DNA of 64,000 bases from the human T2T-CHM13v2.0 reference genome, Homo sapiens. The stretch's first letter is position 1, and every line of letters begins with the position of its first letter. A program made the translations under genes and the position numbers. This document shows, piece after piece, positions 43,777 to 56,400 of this stretch. The stretch lies in assembly GCF_009914755.1 (NCBI RefSeq), contig NC_060925.1; one strand, given 5' to 3'. The notes under the pieces are model-generated. The model worked only from the letters and a program-made list of their open reading frames with translations, had not been told where the DNA came from and did no database searches.

Positions 43777-43811
<35 letters not shown>
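43719..43811 (+). other. Compound poly(A) tail: A19-GAATTGT-A11-TTATAAATAAAACAAAGAAGAAT-A33 (probable 41-bp 3' transduction at 43738-43778)
   Basis: Non-L1, non-alphoid sequence lies between the A tracts and inside the TSDs. AATAAA at 43761-43766 is 12 nt before the final A tract. Confidence 0.75.
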
Positions 43812-43813
<2 letters not shown>

Positions 43814-43825
43814 AAAGCAAGGTTA
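43812..43825 (+). repeat. L1 target-site duplication, 3' copy
   Basis: GAAAAGCAAGGTTA follows the poly(A) directly. Confidence 0.95.
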
Positions 43826-46800
43826 AACTCTGGGAGTTGAACACATGCCTCACAAAGAAGTTTCTGAGAAGGCATCTCTTTCCTCTTTCTGTGAAGATAT
43901 TCCCGTTTGCAAAGAAATCTTCACAGAGTTCCACCTGTCCATGTGCAGGTTCTAGAAAAAAGAGAGTTTCGAAACTGCTCTATCCAAAGGAAAGTTCAAC
44001 TCTGTGAGTTGAATGCAATCATCACAGAGAAGTTTCTGAGAAGGCTTCTGTCTGGATTTTATGTGAAGATATACCCGTTTCGAACGAGGGCCACAAAGTG
44101 CTCCAAATATCCACTTGCAGATCCTACAAAAAGAGTGATTCAAACTTGAACTATCAAAGGAAGGTTCAACTCTGGACTTTGAATGCAAACGTCACAAAGA
44201 AGTTTCTGCGAAAGCTTCTGTTCAGTTAGGTGACGTTATCCCGTTTCCAACGAAATCCTCAGGGAGTTCCAAATATCCACTTGCAGATTCTACAAAAAGT
44301 GTGTTTCATAACTGCTACATCCAAAGGAATGTTCAACTCTGTGAGTTCAACTAAATCATCACAAAGTATTTTCTGAGAATGCTTCTGTCCAGTTTTCACA
44401 CGAAGCTATATCCTTTACTACCTTAGGCCTCAAAGCGTTCCAAATCTCCACTTGCAGATACTACGAAAAGAGTGTTTCACCCTGAACTCACAAGGGAAGT
44501 TTCAACTCTGGGAGTTGAATGCCAACATCACGAAGAAGTTTCTGAGAATGCTTCTGTTTAGTTATGTGAGGTTTATCCCGTTTCCAACGAAATCCTCAGA
44601 GAAGTCCAAATACCCACTTGCAGATTCCACAAAAAGTGTGTTTCCAAACTGCTCCATCCAAAGCAATGTTCAGCTCTGTGGGTTGAACTCAATCGTCACA
44701 AAGTGTTTCCTGAGAATGCTACGGTCTATTTTTTATGGGCAGTGATTTCCTCTACTGCCATAGGCCTCAATGCGGTCCAAATCTCCCCTTGCAGATTCTA
44801 CCAACAGTGTGTTTCCAAACGGCTCTATCAAAGGGAATGTTCAACTCTGTGAGTTGAAAGCAACCATCACAAAGTAGTTCCTGAGAATGCTTCCATCTAC
44901 CTTTTATGAGTAGATATTTCCTTTTCCACCACAGGCCTCGAAGCCCTCCAAATGTCCACTTACAGATTCTAGAAAGAGAGGGTTTCAAAGCTGCTCTATC
45001 GAAAGGAAAGTATAACTCGGTGAGTTGAATGCAAACATCACAAAGAAGTCTCTGAGCATGCTTCCGTTTAGCTTTTATGGGAAGATTATACCTTTTCCAT
45101 CGAAATCTTCAAAGAGGTCCAAATATCCACTTGCAGATCCCACTGAAAGAGTGTTTCCAAACTGCTGTATCAAAAGGAACCTTCAACTCCGTGAGTTGAA
45201 TGCAATCATCACAAAGAAGTTTCTGACAATGCTTCTCTCTAGTTTTTAGCTGAAGATATTTCCTTTTCCACCACAGGCCTGAAAGCGCTCCAAATGTCCA
45301 CTTGGAGACTCTACGAAAAGAATGTTTCAAAAGTGCTCTATGAAAAGCAAGGTTAAACTCTGGGAGTTGAACACATGCCTCACAAAGAAGTTTCTGAGAA
45401 GGCATCTCTTTCCTCTTTCTGTGAAGATATTCCCGTTTGCAAAGAAATCTTCACAGAGTTCCACCTGTCCATGTGTAGGTTCTAGAAAAAAGAGAGTTTC
45501 GAAACTGCTCTATCCAAAGGAATGTTCAACTCTGTGAGTTGAATGCAATCATCACAGAGAAGTTTCTGAGAAGGCTTCTATCTGGATTTTATGTGAAGAT
45601 ATACCCGTTTCGAACGAGGGCCACAAAGTGCTCCAAATATCCACTTGCAGATCCTACAAAAAGAGTGTTTCAAACGTGAACTATCAAAGGAAGGTTCAAC
45701 TCTGGACTTTGAATGCAGACGTCACAAAGAAGTTTCTGCGAAAGCTTCTGTTCAGTTAGGTGACGTTATCCCGTTTCCAACGAAATCCTCAGGGAGTTCC
45801 AAATATCCACTTGCAGATTCTACAAAAAGTGTGTTTCAAAACTGCTCCATCCAAAGGAATGTTCAGCTCTGTGAGTTCAACTAAATCATCACAAAGTATT
45901 TTCTGAGAATGCTTCTGTCCAGTTTTTACACGAAGCTATATCCTTTACTACCTTAGGCCTCAAAGCGTTCCAAATCTCCACTTGCAGATACTACGAAAAG
46001 AGTGTTTCACCCTGAACTCACAAGGGAAGTTTCAACTCTGGGAGTTGAATGCCAACATCACGAAGAAGTTTCTGAGAATGCTTCTGTTTAGTTATGTGAG
46101 GTTTATCCCGTTTCCAACGAAATCCTCAGAGAAGTCCAAATACCCACTTGCAGATTCCACAAAAAGTGTGTTTCCAAACTGCTCCATCCAAAGCAATGTT
46201 CAGCTCTGTGGGTTGAACTCAATCGTCACAAAGTGTTTCCTGAGAATGCTACGGTCTAGTTTTTATGGGCAGTGATTTCCTCTACTGCCATAGGCCTCAA
46301 TGCGGTCCAAATCTCCCCTTGCAGATTCTACCAACAGTGTGTTTCCAAACGGCTCTATCAAAGGGAATGTTCAACTCTGTGAGTTGAAAGCAACCATCAC
46401 AAAGTAGTTCCTGAGAATGCTTCCATCTACCTTTTATGAGTAGATATTTCCTTTTCCACCACAGGCCTCGAAGCCCTCCAAATGTCCACTTACAGATTCT
46501 AGAAAGAGAGGGTTTCAAAGCTGCTCTATCGAAAGGAAAGTATAACTCTGTGAGTTGAATGCAAACATCACAAAGAAGTCTCTGAGCATGCTTCCGTTTA
46601 GCTTTTATGGGAAGATTATCCCTTTTCCATCGAAATCTTCAAAGAGGTCCAAATATCCGCTTGCAGATCCCACTGAAAGAGTGTTTCCAAACTGCTGTAT
46701 CAAAAGGAACCTTCAACTCCGTGAGTTGAATGCAATCATCACAAAGAAGTTTCTGACAATGCTTCTCTCTAGTTTTTAGCTGAAGATATTTCCTTTTCCA

Positions 46801-49800
46801 CCACAGGCCTGAAAGCGCTCCAAATGTCCACTTGGAGACTCTACGAAAAGAATGTTTCAAAAGTGCTCTATGAAAAGCAAGGTTAAACTCTGGGAGTTGA
46901 ACACATGCCTCACAAAGAAGTTTCTGAGAAGGCATCTCTTTCCTCTTTATGTGAAGATATTCCCGTTTGCAAAGAAATCTTCACAGAGTTCCACCTGTCC
47001 ATGTGCAGGTTCTAGAAAAAAGAGAGTTTCGAAACTGCTCTATCCAAAGGAATGTTCAACTCTGTGAGTTGAATGCAATCATCACAGAGAAGTTTCTGAG
47101 AAGGCTTCTGTCTGGATTTTATGTGAAGATATACCCGTTTCGAACGAGGGCCACAAAGTGCTCCAAATATCCACTTGCAGATCCTACAAAAAGAGTGTTT
47201 CAAACGTGAACTATCAAAGGAAGGTTCAACTCCGGACTTTGAATGCAAACGTCACAAAGAAGTTTCTGCGAAAGCTTCTGTTCAGTTAGGTGACGTTATC
47301 CCGTTTCCAACGAAATCCTCAGGGAGTTCCAAATATCCACTTGCAGATACTACAAAAAGTGTGTTTCAAAACTGCTCCATGCAAAGGAATGTTCAGCTCT
47401 GTGACTTCAACTAAATCATCACAAAGTATTTTCTGAGAATGCTTCTGTCCAGTTTTTACACGAAGCTATATCCTTTACTACCTTAGGCCTCAAAGCGTTC
47501 CAAATCTCCACTTGCAGATACTACGAAAAGAGTGTTTCACCCTGAACTCACAAGGGAAGTTTCAACTCTGGGAGTTGAATGCCAACATCACGAAGAAGTT
47601 TCTGAGAATGCTTCTGTTTAGTTATGTGAGGTTTATCCCGTTTCCAACGAAATCCTCAGAGAAGTCCAAATACCCACTTGCAGATTCCACAAAAAGTGTG
47701 TTTCCAAACTGCTCCATCCAAAGCAATGTTCAGCTCTGTGGGTTGAACTCAATCGTCACAAAGTGTTTCCTGAGAATGCTACGGTCTAGTTTTTATGGGC
47801 AGTGATTTCCTCTACTGCCATAGGCCTCAAAGCGGTCCAAATCTCCCCTTGCAGATTCTACCAACAGTGTGTTTCCAAACGGCTGTATCAAAGGGAATGT
47901 TCAACTCTGTGAGTTGAAAGCAACCATCACAAAGTAGTTTCGGAGAATGCTTCCATCTACCTTTTATGAGTAGATATTTCCTTTTCCACCACAGGCCTCG
48001 AAGCCCTCCAAATGTCCACTTACAGATTCTAGAAAGAGAGGGTTTCAAAGCTGCTCTATCGAAAGGAAAGTATAACTCTGTGAGTTGAATGCAAACATCA
48101 CAAAGAAGTCTCTGAGCATGCTTCCGTTTAGCTTTTATGGGAAGATTATCCCTTTTCCATCGAAATCTTCAAAGAGTTCCAAATATCTGCTTGCAGATCC
48201 CACTGAAAGAGTGTTTCCAAACTGCTGTAACAAAAGGAACCTTCAACTCCGTGAGTTGAATGCAATCATCACAAAGAAGTTTCTGACAATGCTTCTCTCT
48301 AGTTTTTAGCTGAAGATATTTCCTTTTCCACCACAGGCCTGAAAGCGCTCCAAATGTCCACTTGGAGACTCTACGAAAAGAATGTTTCAAAAGTGCTCTA
48401 TGAAAAGCAAGGTTAAACTCTGGGAGTTGAACACATGCCTCACAAAGAAGTTTCTGAGATGCCATGTCTTTACTCTTTATGTGAAGATATTCCCGTTTGC
48501 AAAGAAATCTTCACAGAGTTCCACCTATCCATGTGCAGGTTCTAGAAAAAAGAGAGTTTCGAAACTGCTCTATCCAAAGGAATGTTCAACTCTGTGAGTT
48601 GAATGCAATCATCACAGAGAAGTTTCTGAGAAGGCTTCTGTCTGGATTTTATGTGATGATATACCCGTTTCGAACGAGGGCCACAAAGTGCTCCAAATAT
48701 CCACTTGCAGATCCTACAAAAAGAGTGTTTCAAACGTGAACTATCAAAGGAAGGTTCAACTCTGGACTTTGAATGCAAACGTCACAAAGAAGTTTCTGCG
48801 AAAGCTTCTGTTCAGTTAGGTGACGATATCCCGTTTCCAACGAAATCCTCAGGGAGTTCCAAATATCCACTTGCAGATTCTACAAAAAGTGTGTTTCAAA
48901 ACTGCTCCATCCAAAGGAATGTTCAGCTCTGTGAGTTCAACTAAATCATCACAAAGTATTTTCTGAGAATGCTTCTGTCCAGTTTTTACACGAAGCTATA
49001 TCCTTTACTACCTTAGGCCTCAAAGCGTTCCAAATCTCCACTTGCAGATACTACGAAAAGAGTATTTCACCCTGAACTCACAAGGGAAGTTTCAACTCTG
49101 GGAGTTGAATGCCAACATCACGAAGAAGTTTCTGAGAATGCTTCTGTTTAGTTATGTGAGGTTTATCCCGTTTCCAATGAAATCCTCAGAGAAGTCCAAA
49201 TACCCACTTGCAGATTCCACAAAAAGTGTGTTTCCAAACTGTTCCATCCAAAGCAATGTTCAGCTCTGTGGGTTGAACTCAATCGTCACAAAGTGTTTCC
49301 TGAGAATGCTACGGTCTAGTTTTTATGGGCAGTGATTTCCTCTACTGCCATAGGCCTCAAAGCGGTCCAAATCTCCCCTTGCAGATTCTACCAACAGTGT
49401 GTTTCCAAACGGCTCTATCAAAGGGAATGTTCAACTCTGTGAGTTGAAAGCAACCATCACAAAGTAGTTTCTGAGAATGCTTCCATCTACCTTTTATGAG
49501 TAGATATTTCCTTTTCCACCACAGGCCTCGAAGCCCTCCAAATGTCCACTTACAGATTCTAGAAAGAGAGGGTTTCAAAGCTGCTCTGTCGAAAGGAAAG
49601 TATAACTCTGTGAGTTGAATGCAAACATCACAAAGAAGTCTCTGAGCATGCTTCCGTTTAGCTTTTATGGGAAGATTATCCCTTTTCCATCGAAATCTTC
49701 AAAGAGGTCCAAATATCCGCTTGCAGATCACACTGAAAGAGTGTTTCCAAACTGCTGTATCAAAAGGAACCTTCAACTCCGTGAGTTGAATGCAATCATC

Positions 49801-50499
49801 ACAAAGAAGTTTCTGACAATGCTTCTCTCTAGTTTTTAGCTGAAGATATTTCCTTTTCCACCACAGGCCTGAAAGCGCTCCAAATGTCCACTTGGAGACT
49901 CTACGAAAAGAATGTTTCAAAAGTGCTCTATGAAAAGCAAGGTTAAACTCTGGGAGTTGAACACATGCCTCACAAAGAAGTTTCTGAGAAGGCATCTCTT
50001 TCCTCTTTCTGTGAAGATATTCCCGTTTGCAAAAAATCTTCACAGAGTTCCACCTATCCATGTGCAGGTTCTAGAAAAAAGAGAGTTTCCAAACTGCTCT
50101 CTCCAAAGGAATGTTCAACTCTGTGAGTTGAATGCAATCATCACAGAGAAGTTTCTGAGAAGGCTTCTGTCTGGATTTTATGTGAAGATATACCCGTTTC
50201 GAACGAGGGCCACAAAGTGCTCCAAATATTCACTTGCAGATCCTACAAAAAGAGTGTTTCAAACGTGAACTATCAAAGGAAGGTTCAACTCTGGACTTTG
50301 AATGCAAACGTCACAAAGAAGTTTCTGCGAAAGCTTCTGTTCAGTTAGGTGACGTTATCCCGTTTCCAACGAAATCCTCAGGGAGTTCCAAATATCCACT
50401 TGCAGATTCTACAAAAAGTGTGTTTCAAAACTGCTCCATCCAAAGGAATGTTCAGCTCTGTGAGTTCAACTAAATCATCACAAAGTATTTTCTGAGAAT

Positions 50500-53400
50500 G
50501 CTTCTGTCCAGTTTTTACACGAAGCTATATCCTTTACTACCTTAGGCCTCAAAGCGTTCCAAATCTCCACTTGCAGATACTACGAAAAGAGTGTTTCACC
50601 CTGAACTCACAAGGGAAGTTTCAACTCTGGGAGTTGAATGCCAACATCACGAAGAAGTTTCTGAGAATGCTTCTGTTTAGTTATGTGAGGTTTATCCCGT
50701 TTCCAATGAAATCCTCAGAGAAGTCCAAATACCCACTTGCAGATTCCACAAAAAGTGTGTTTCCAAACTGCTCCATCCAAAGCAATGTTCAGCTCTGTGG
50801 GTTGAACTCAATCGTCACAAAGTGTTTCCTGAGAATGCTACGGTCTAGTTTTTATGGGCAGTGATTTCCTCTACTGCCATAGGCCTCAAAGCGGTCCAAA
50901 TCTCCCCTTGCAGATTCTACCAACAGTGTGTTTCCAAACGGCTCTATCAAAGGGAATGTTCAACTCTGTGAGTTGAAAGCAACCATCACAAAGTAGTTTC
51001 TGAGAATGCTTCCATCTACCTTTTATGAGTAGATATTTCCTTTTCCACCACAGGCCTCGAAGCCCTCCAAATGTCCACTTACAGATTCTAGAAAGAGAGG
51101 GTTTCAAAGCTGCTCTATGGAAAGGAAAGTATAACTCTGTGAGTTGAATGCAAACATCACAAAGAAGTCTCTGAGCATGCTTCCGTTTAGCTTTTATGGG
51201 AAGATTATCCCTTTTCCATCGAAATCTTCAAAGAGGTCCAAATATCCGCTTGCAGATCCCACTGAAAGAGTGTTTCCAAACTGCTGTATCAAAAGGAACC
51301 TTCAACTCCGTGAGTTGAATGCAATCATCACAAAGAAGTTTCTGACAATGCTTCTCTCTAGTTTTTAGCTGAAGATATTTCCTTTTCCACCACAGGCCTG
51401 AAAGCGTTCCAAATGTCCACACGGAGACTCTACGAAAAGAATGTTTCAAAAGTGCTCTATGAAAAGCAAGGTTAAACTCTGGGAGTTGAACACATGCCTC
51501 ACAAAGAAGTTTCTGAGAAGGCATCTCTTTACTCTTTATGTGAAGATGTTCCCGTTTGCAAAGAAATCTTCACAGAGTTCCACCTATCCATGTGCAGGTT
51601 CTAGAAAAAAGAGAGTTTCGAAACTGCTCTATCCAAAGGAATGTTCAACTCTGTGAGTTGAAAGCAATCATCACAGAGAAGTTTCTGAGAAGGCTTCTGT
51701 CTGGATTTTATGTGAAGATATACCCGTTTCGAACGAGGGCCACAAAGTGCTCCAAATATCCACTTGCAGATCCTACAAAAAGAGTGTTTCAAACGTGAAC
51801 TATCAAAGGAAGGTTCAACTCTGGACTTTGAATGCAAACGTCACAAAGAAGTTTCTGCGAAAGCTTCTGTTCAGTTAGGTGACGTTATCCCGTTTCCAAC
51901 GAAATCCTCAGGGAGTTCCAAATATCCACTTGCAGATTCTACAAAAAGTGTGTTTCAAAACTGCTCCATCCAAAGGAATGTTCAGCTCTGTGAGTTCAAC
52001 TAAATCATCACAAAGTATTTTCTGAGAATGCTTCTGTCCAGTTTTTACACGAAGCTATATCCTTTACTACCTTAGGCCTCAAAGCGTTCCAAATCTCCAC
52101 TTGCAGATACTACGAAAAGAGTGTTTCACCCTGAACTCACAAGGGAAGTTTCAACTCTGGGAGTTGAATGCCAACATCACGAAGAAGTTTCTGAGAATGC
52201 TTCTGTTTAGTTATGTGAGGTTTATCCCGTTTCCAACGAAATCCTCAGAGAAGTCCAAATACCCACTTGCAGATTCCACAAAAAGTGTGTTTCCAAACTG
52301 CTCCATCCAAAGCAATGTTCAGCTCTGTGGGTTGAACTCAATCGTCACAAAGTGTTTCCTGAGAATGCTAAGGTCTAGTTTTTATGGGCAGTGATTTCCT
52401 CTACTGCCATAGGCCTCAAAGCGGTCCAAATCTCCCCTTGCAGATTCTACCAACAGTGTGTTTCCAAACGGCTCTATCAAAGGGAATGTTCAACTCTGTG
52501 AGTTGAAAGCAACCATCACAAAGTAGTTTCTGAGAATGCTTCCATCTACCTTTTATGAGTAGATATTTCCTTTTCCACCACAGGCCTCGAAGCCCTCCAA
52601 ATGTCCACTTACAGATTCTAGAAAGAGAGGGTTTCAAAGCTGCTCTATCGAAAGGAAAGTATAACTCTGTGAGTTGAATGCAAACATCACAAAGAAGTCT
52701 CTGAGCATGCTTCCGTTTAGCTTTTATGGGAAGATTATCCCTTTTCCATCGAAATCTTCAAAGAGGTCCAAATATCCGCTTGCAGATCCCACTGAAAGAG
52801 TGTTTCCAAACTGCTGTATCAAAAGGAACCTTCAACTCCGTGAGTTGAATGCAATCATCACAAAGAAGTTTCTGACAATGCTTCTCTCTAGTTTTTAGCT
52901 GAAGATATTTCCTTTTCCACCACAGGCCTGAAAGCGCTCCAAATGTCCACTTGGAGACTCTACGAAAAGAATGTTTCAAAAGTGCTCTATGAAAAGCAAG
53001 GTTAAACTCTGGGTGTTGAACACATGCCTCACAAAGAAGTTTCTGAGAAGGCATCTCTTTCCTCTTTATGTGAAGATATTCCCGTTTGCAAAGAAATCTT
53101 CACAGAGTTCCACCTATCCATGTGCAGGTTCTAGAAAAAAGAGAGTTTCGAAACTGCTCTATCCAAAGGAATGTTCAACTCTGTGAGTTGAATGCAATCA
53201 TCACAGAGAAGTTTCTGAGAAGGCTTCTGTCTGGATTTTATGTGAAGATATACCCGTTTCGAACGAGGGCCACAAAGTGCTCCAAATATCCACTTGCAGA
53301 TCCTACAAAAAGAGTGTTTCAAACGTCAACTATCAAAGGAAGGTTCAACTCTGGACTTTGAATGCAAACGTCACAAAGAAGTTTCTGCGAAAGCTTCTGT

Positions 53401-56400
53401 TCAGTTAGGTGACGTTATCCCGTTTCCAACGAAATCCTCAGGGAGTTCCAAATATCCACTTGCAGATTCTACAAAAAGTGTGTTTCAAAACTGCTCCATC
53501 CAAAGGAATGTTCAGCTCTGTGAGTTCAACTAAATCATCACAAAGTATTTTCTGAGAATGCTTCTGTCCAGTTTTTACACGAAGCTATATCCTTTACTAC
53601 CTTAGGCCTCAAAGCGTTCCAAATCTCCACTTGCAGATACTACGAAAAGAGTGTTTCACCCTGAACTCACAAGGGAAGTTTCAACTCTGGGAGTTGAATG
53701 CCAACATCACGAAGAAGTTTCTGAGAATGCTTCTGTTTAGTTATGTGAGGTTTATCCCGTTTCCAATGAAATCCTCAGAGAAGTCCAAATACCCACTTGC
53801 AGATTCCACAAAAAGTGTGTTTCCAAACTGCTCCATCCAAAGCAATGTTCAGCTCTGTGGGTTGAACTCAATCGTCACAAAGTGTTTCCTGAGAATGCTA
53901 CGGTCTAGTTTTTATGGGCAGTGATTTCCTCTACTGCCATAGGCCTCAAAGCGGTCCAAATCTCCCCTTGCAGATTCTACCAACAGTGTGTTTCCAAACG
54001 GCTCTATCAAAGGGAATGTTCAACTCTGTGAGTTGAAAGCAACCATCACAAAGTAGTTTCTGAGAATGCTTCCATCTACCTTTTATGAGTAGATATTTCC
54101 TTTTCCACCACAGGCCTCGAAGCCCTCCAAATGTCCACTTACAGATTCTAGAAAGAGAGGGTTTCAAAGCTGCTCTATCGAAAGGAAAGTATAACTCTGT
54201 GAGTTGAATGCAAACATCACAAAGAAGTCTCTGAGCATGCTTCCGTTTAGCTTTTATGGGAAGATTATCCCTTTTCCATCGAAATCTTCAAAGAGGTCCA
54301 AATATCCGCTTGCAGATCCCACTGAAAGAGTGTTTCCAAACTGCTGTATCAAAAGGAACCTTCAACTCCGTGAGTTGAATGCAATCATCACAAAGAAGTT
54401 TCTGACAATGCTTCTCTCTAGTTTTTAGCTGAAGATATTTCCTTTTCCACCACAGGCCTGAAAGCGTTCCAAATGTCCACACGGAGACTCTACGAAAAGA
54501 ATGTTTCAAAAGTGCTCTATGAAAAGCAAGGTTAAACTCTGGGAGTTGAACACATGCCTCACAAAGAAGTTTCTGAGAAGGCATCTCTTTACTCTTTATG
54601 TGAAGATGTTCCCGTTTGCAAAGAAATCTTCACAGAGTTCCACCTATCCATGTGCAGGTTCTAGAAAAAAGAGAGTTTCGAAACTGCTCTATCCAAAGGA
54701 ATGTTCAACTCTGTGAGTTGAAAGCAATCATCACAGAGAAGTTTCTGAGAAGGCTTCTGTCTGGATTTTATGTGAAGATATACCCGTTTCGAACGAGGGC
54801 CACAAAGTGCTCCAAATATCCACTTGCAGATCCTACAAAAAGAGTGTTTCAAACGTGAACTATCAAAGGAAGGTTCAACTCTGGACTTTGAATGCAAACG
54901 TCACAAAGAAGTTTCTGCGAAAGCTTCTGTTCAGTTAGGTGACGTTATCCCGTTTCCAACGAAATCCTCAGGGAGTTCCAAATATCCACTTGCAGATTCT
55001 ACAAAAAGTGTGTTTCAAAACTGCTCCATCCAAAGGAATGTTCAGCTCTGTGAGTTCAACTAAATCATCACAAAGTATTTTCTGAGAATGCTTCTGTCCA
55101 GTTTTTACACGAAGCTATATCCTTTACTACCTTAGGCCTCAAAGCGTTCCAAATCTCCACTTGCAGATACTACGAAAAGAGTGTTTCACCCTGAACTCAC
55201 AAGGGAAGTTTCAACTCTGGGAGTTGAATGCCAACATCACGAAGAAGTTTCTGAGAATGCTTCTGTTTAGTTATGTGAGGTTTATCCCGTTTCCAATGAA
55301 ATCCTCAGAGAAGTCCAAATACCCACTTGCAGATTCCACAAAAAGTGTGTTTCCAAACTGCTCCATCCAAAGCAATGTTCAGCTCTGTGGGTTGAACTCA
55401 ATCGTCACAAAGTGTTTCCTGAGAATGCTACGGTCTAGTTTTTATGGGCAGTGATTTCCTCTACTGCCATAGGCCTCAAAGCGGTCCAAATCTCCCCTTG
55501 CAGATTCTACCAACAGTGTGTTTCCAAACGGCTCTATCAAAGGGAATGTTCAACTCTGTGAGTTGAAAGCAACCATCACAAAGTAGTTTCTGAGAATGCT
55601 TCCATCTACCTTTTATGAGTAGATATTTCCTTTTCCACCACAGGCCTCGAAGCCCTCCAAATGTCCACTTACAGATTCTAGAAAGAGAGGGTTTCAAAGC
55701 TGCTCTATCGAAAGGAAAGTATAACTCTGTGAGTTGAATGCAAACATCACAAAGAAGTCTCTGAGCATGCTTCCGTTTAGCTTTTATGGGAAGATTATCC
55801 CTTTTCCATCGAAATCTTCAAAGAGGTCCAAATATCCGCTTGCAGATCCCACTGAAAGAGTGTTTCCAAACTGCTGTATCAAAAGGAACCTTCAACTCCG
55901 TGAGTTGAATGCAATCATCACAAAGAAGTTTCTGACAATGCTTCTCTCTAGTTTTTAGCTGAAGATATTTCCTTTTCCACCACAGGCCTGAAAGCGTTCC
56001 AAATGTCCACACGGAGACTCTACGAAAAGAATGTTTCAAAAGTGCTCTATGAAAAGCAAGGTTAAACTCTGGGAGTTGAACACATGCCTCACAAAGAAGT
56101 TTCTGAGAAGGCATCTCTTTACTCTTTATGTGAAGATGTTCCCGTTTGCAAAGAAATCTTCACAGAGTTCCACCTATCCATGTGCAGGTTCTAGAAAAAA
56201 GAGAGTTTCGAAACTGCTCTATCCAAAGGAATGTTCAACTCTGTGAGTTGAAAGCAATCATCACAGAGAAGTTTCTGAGAAGGCTTCTGTCTGGATTTTA
56301 TGTGAAGATATACCCGTTTCGAACGAGGGCCACAAAGTGCTCCAAATATCCACTTGCAGATCCTACAAAAAGAGTGTTTCAAACGTGAACTATCAAAGGA

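Noticed and set aside
43710-43934. Poly-Phe ORF on the minus strand
   Set aside because: It is the translation of the poly(A) tail complement.
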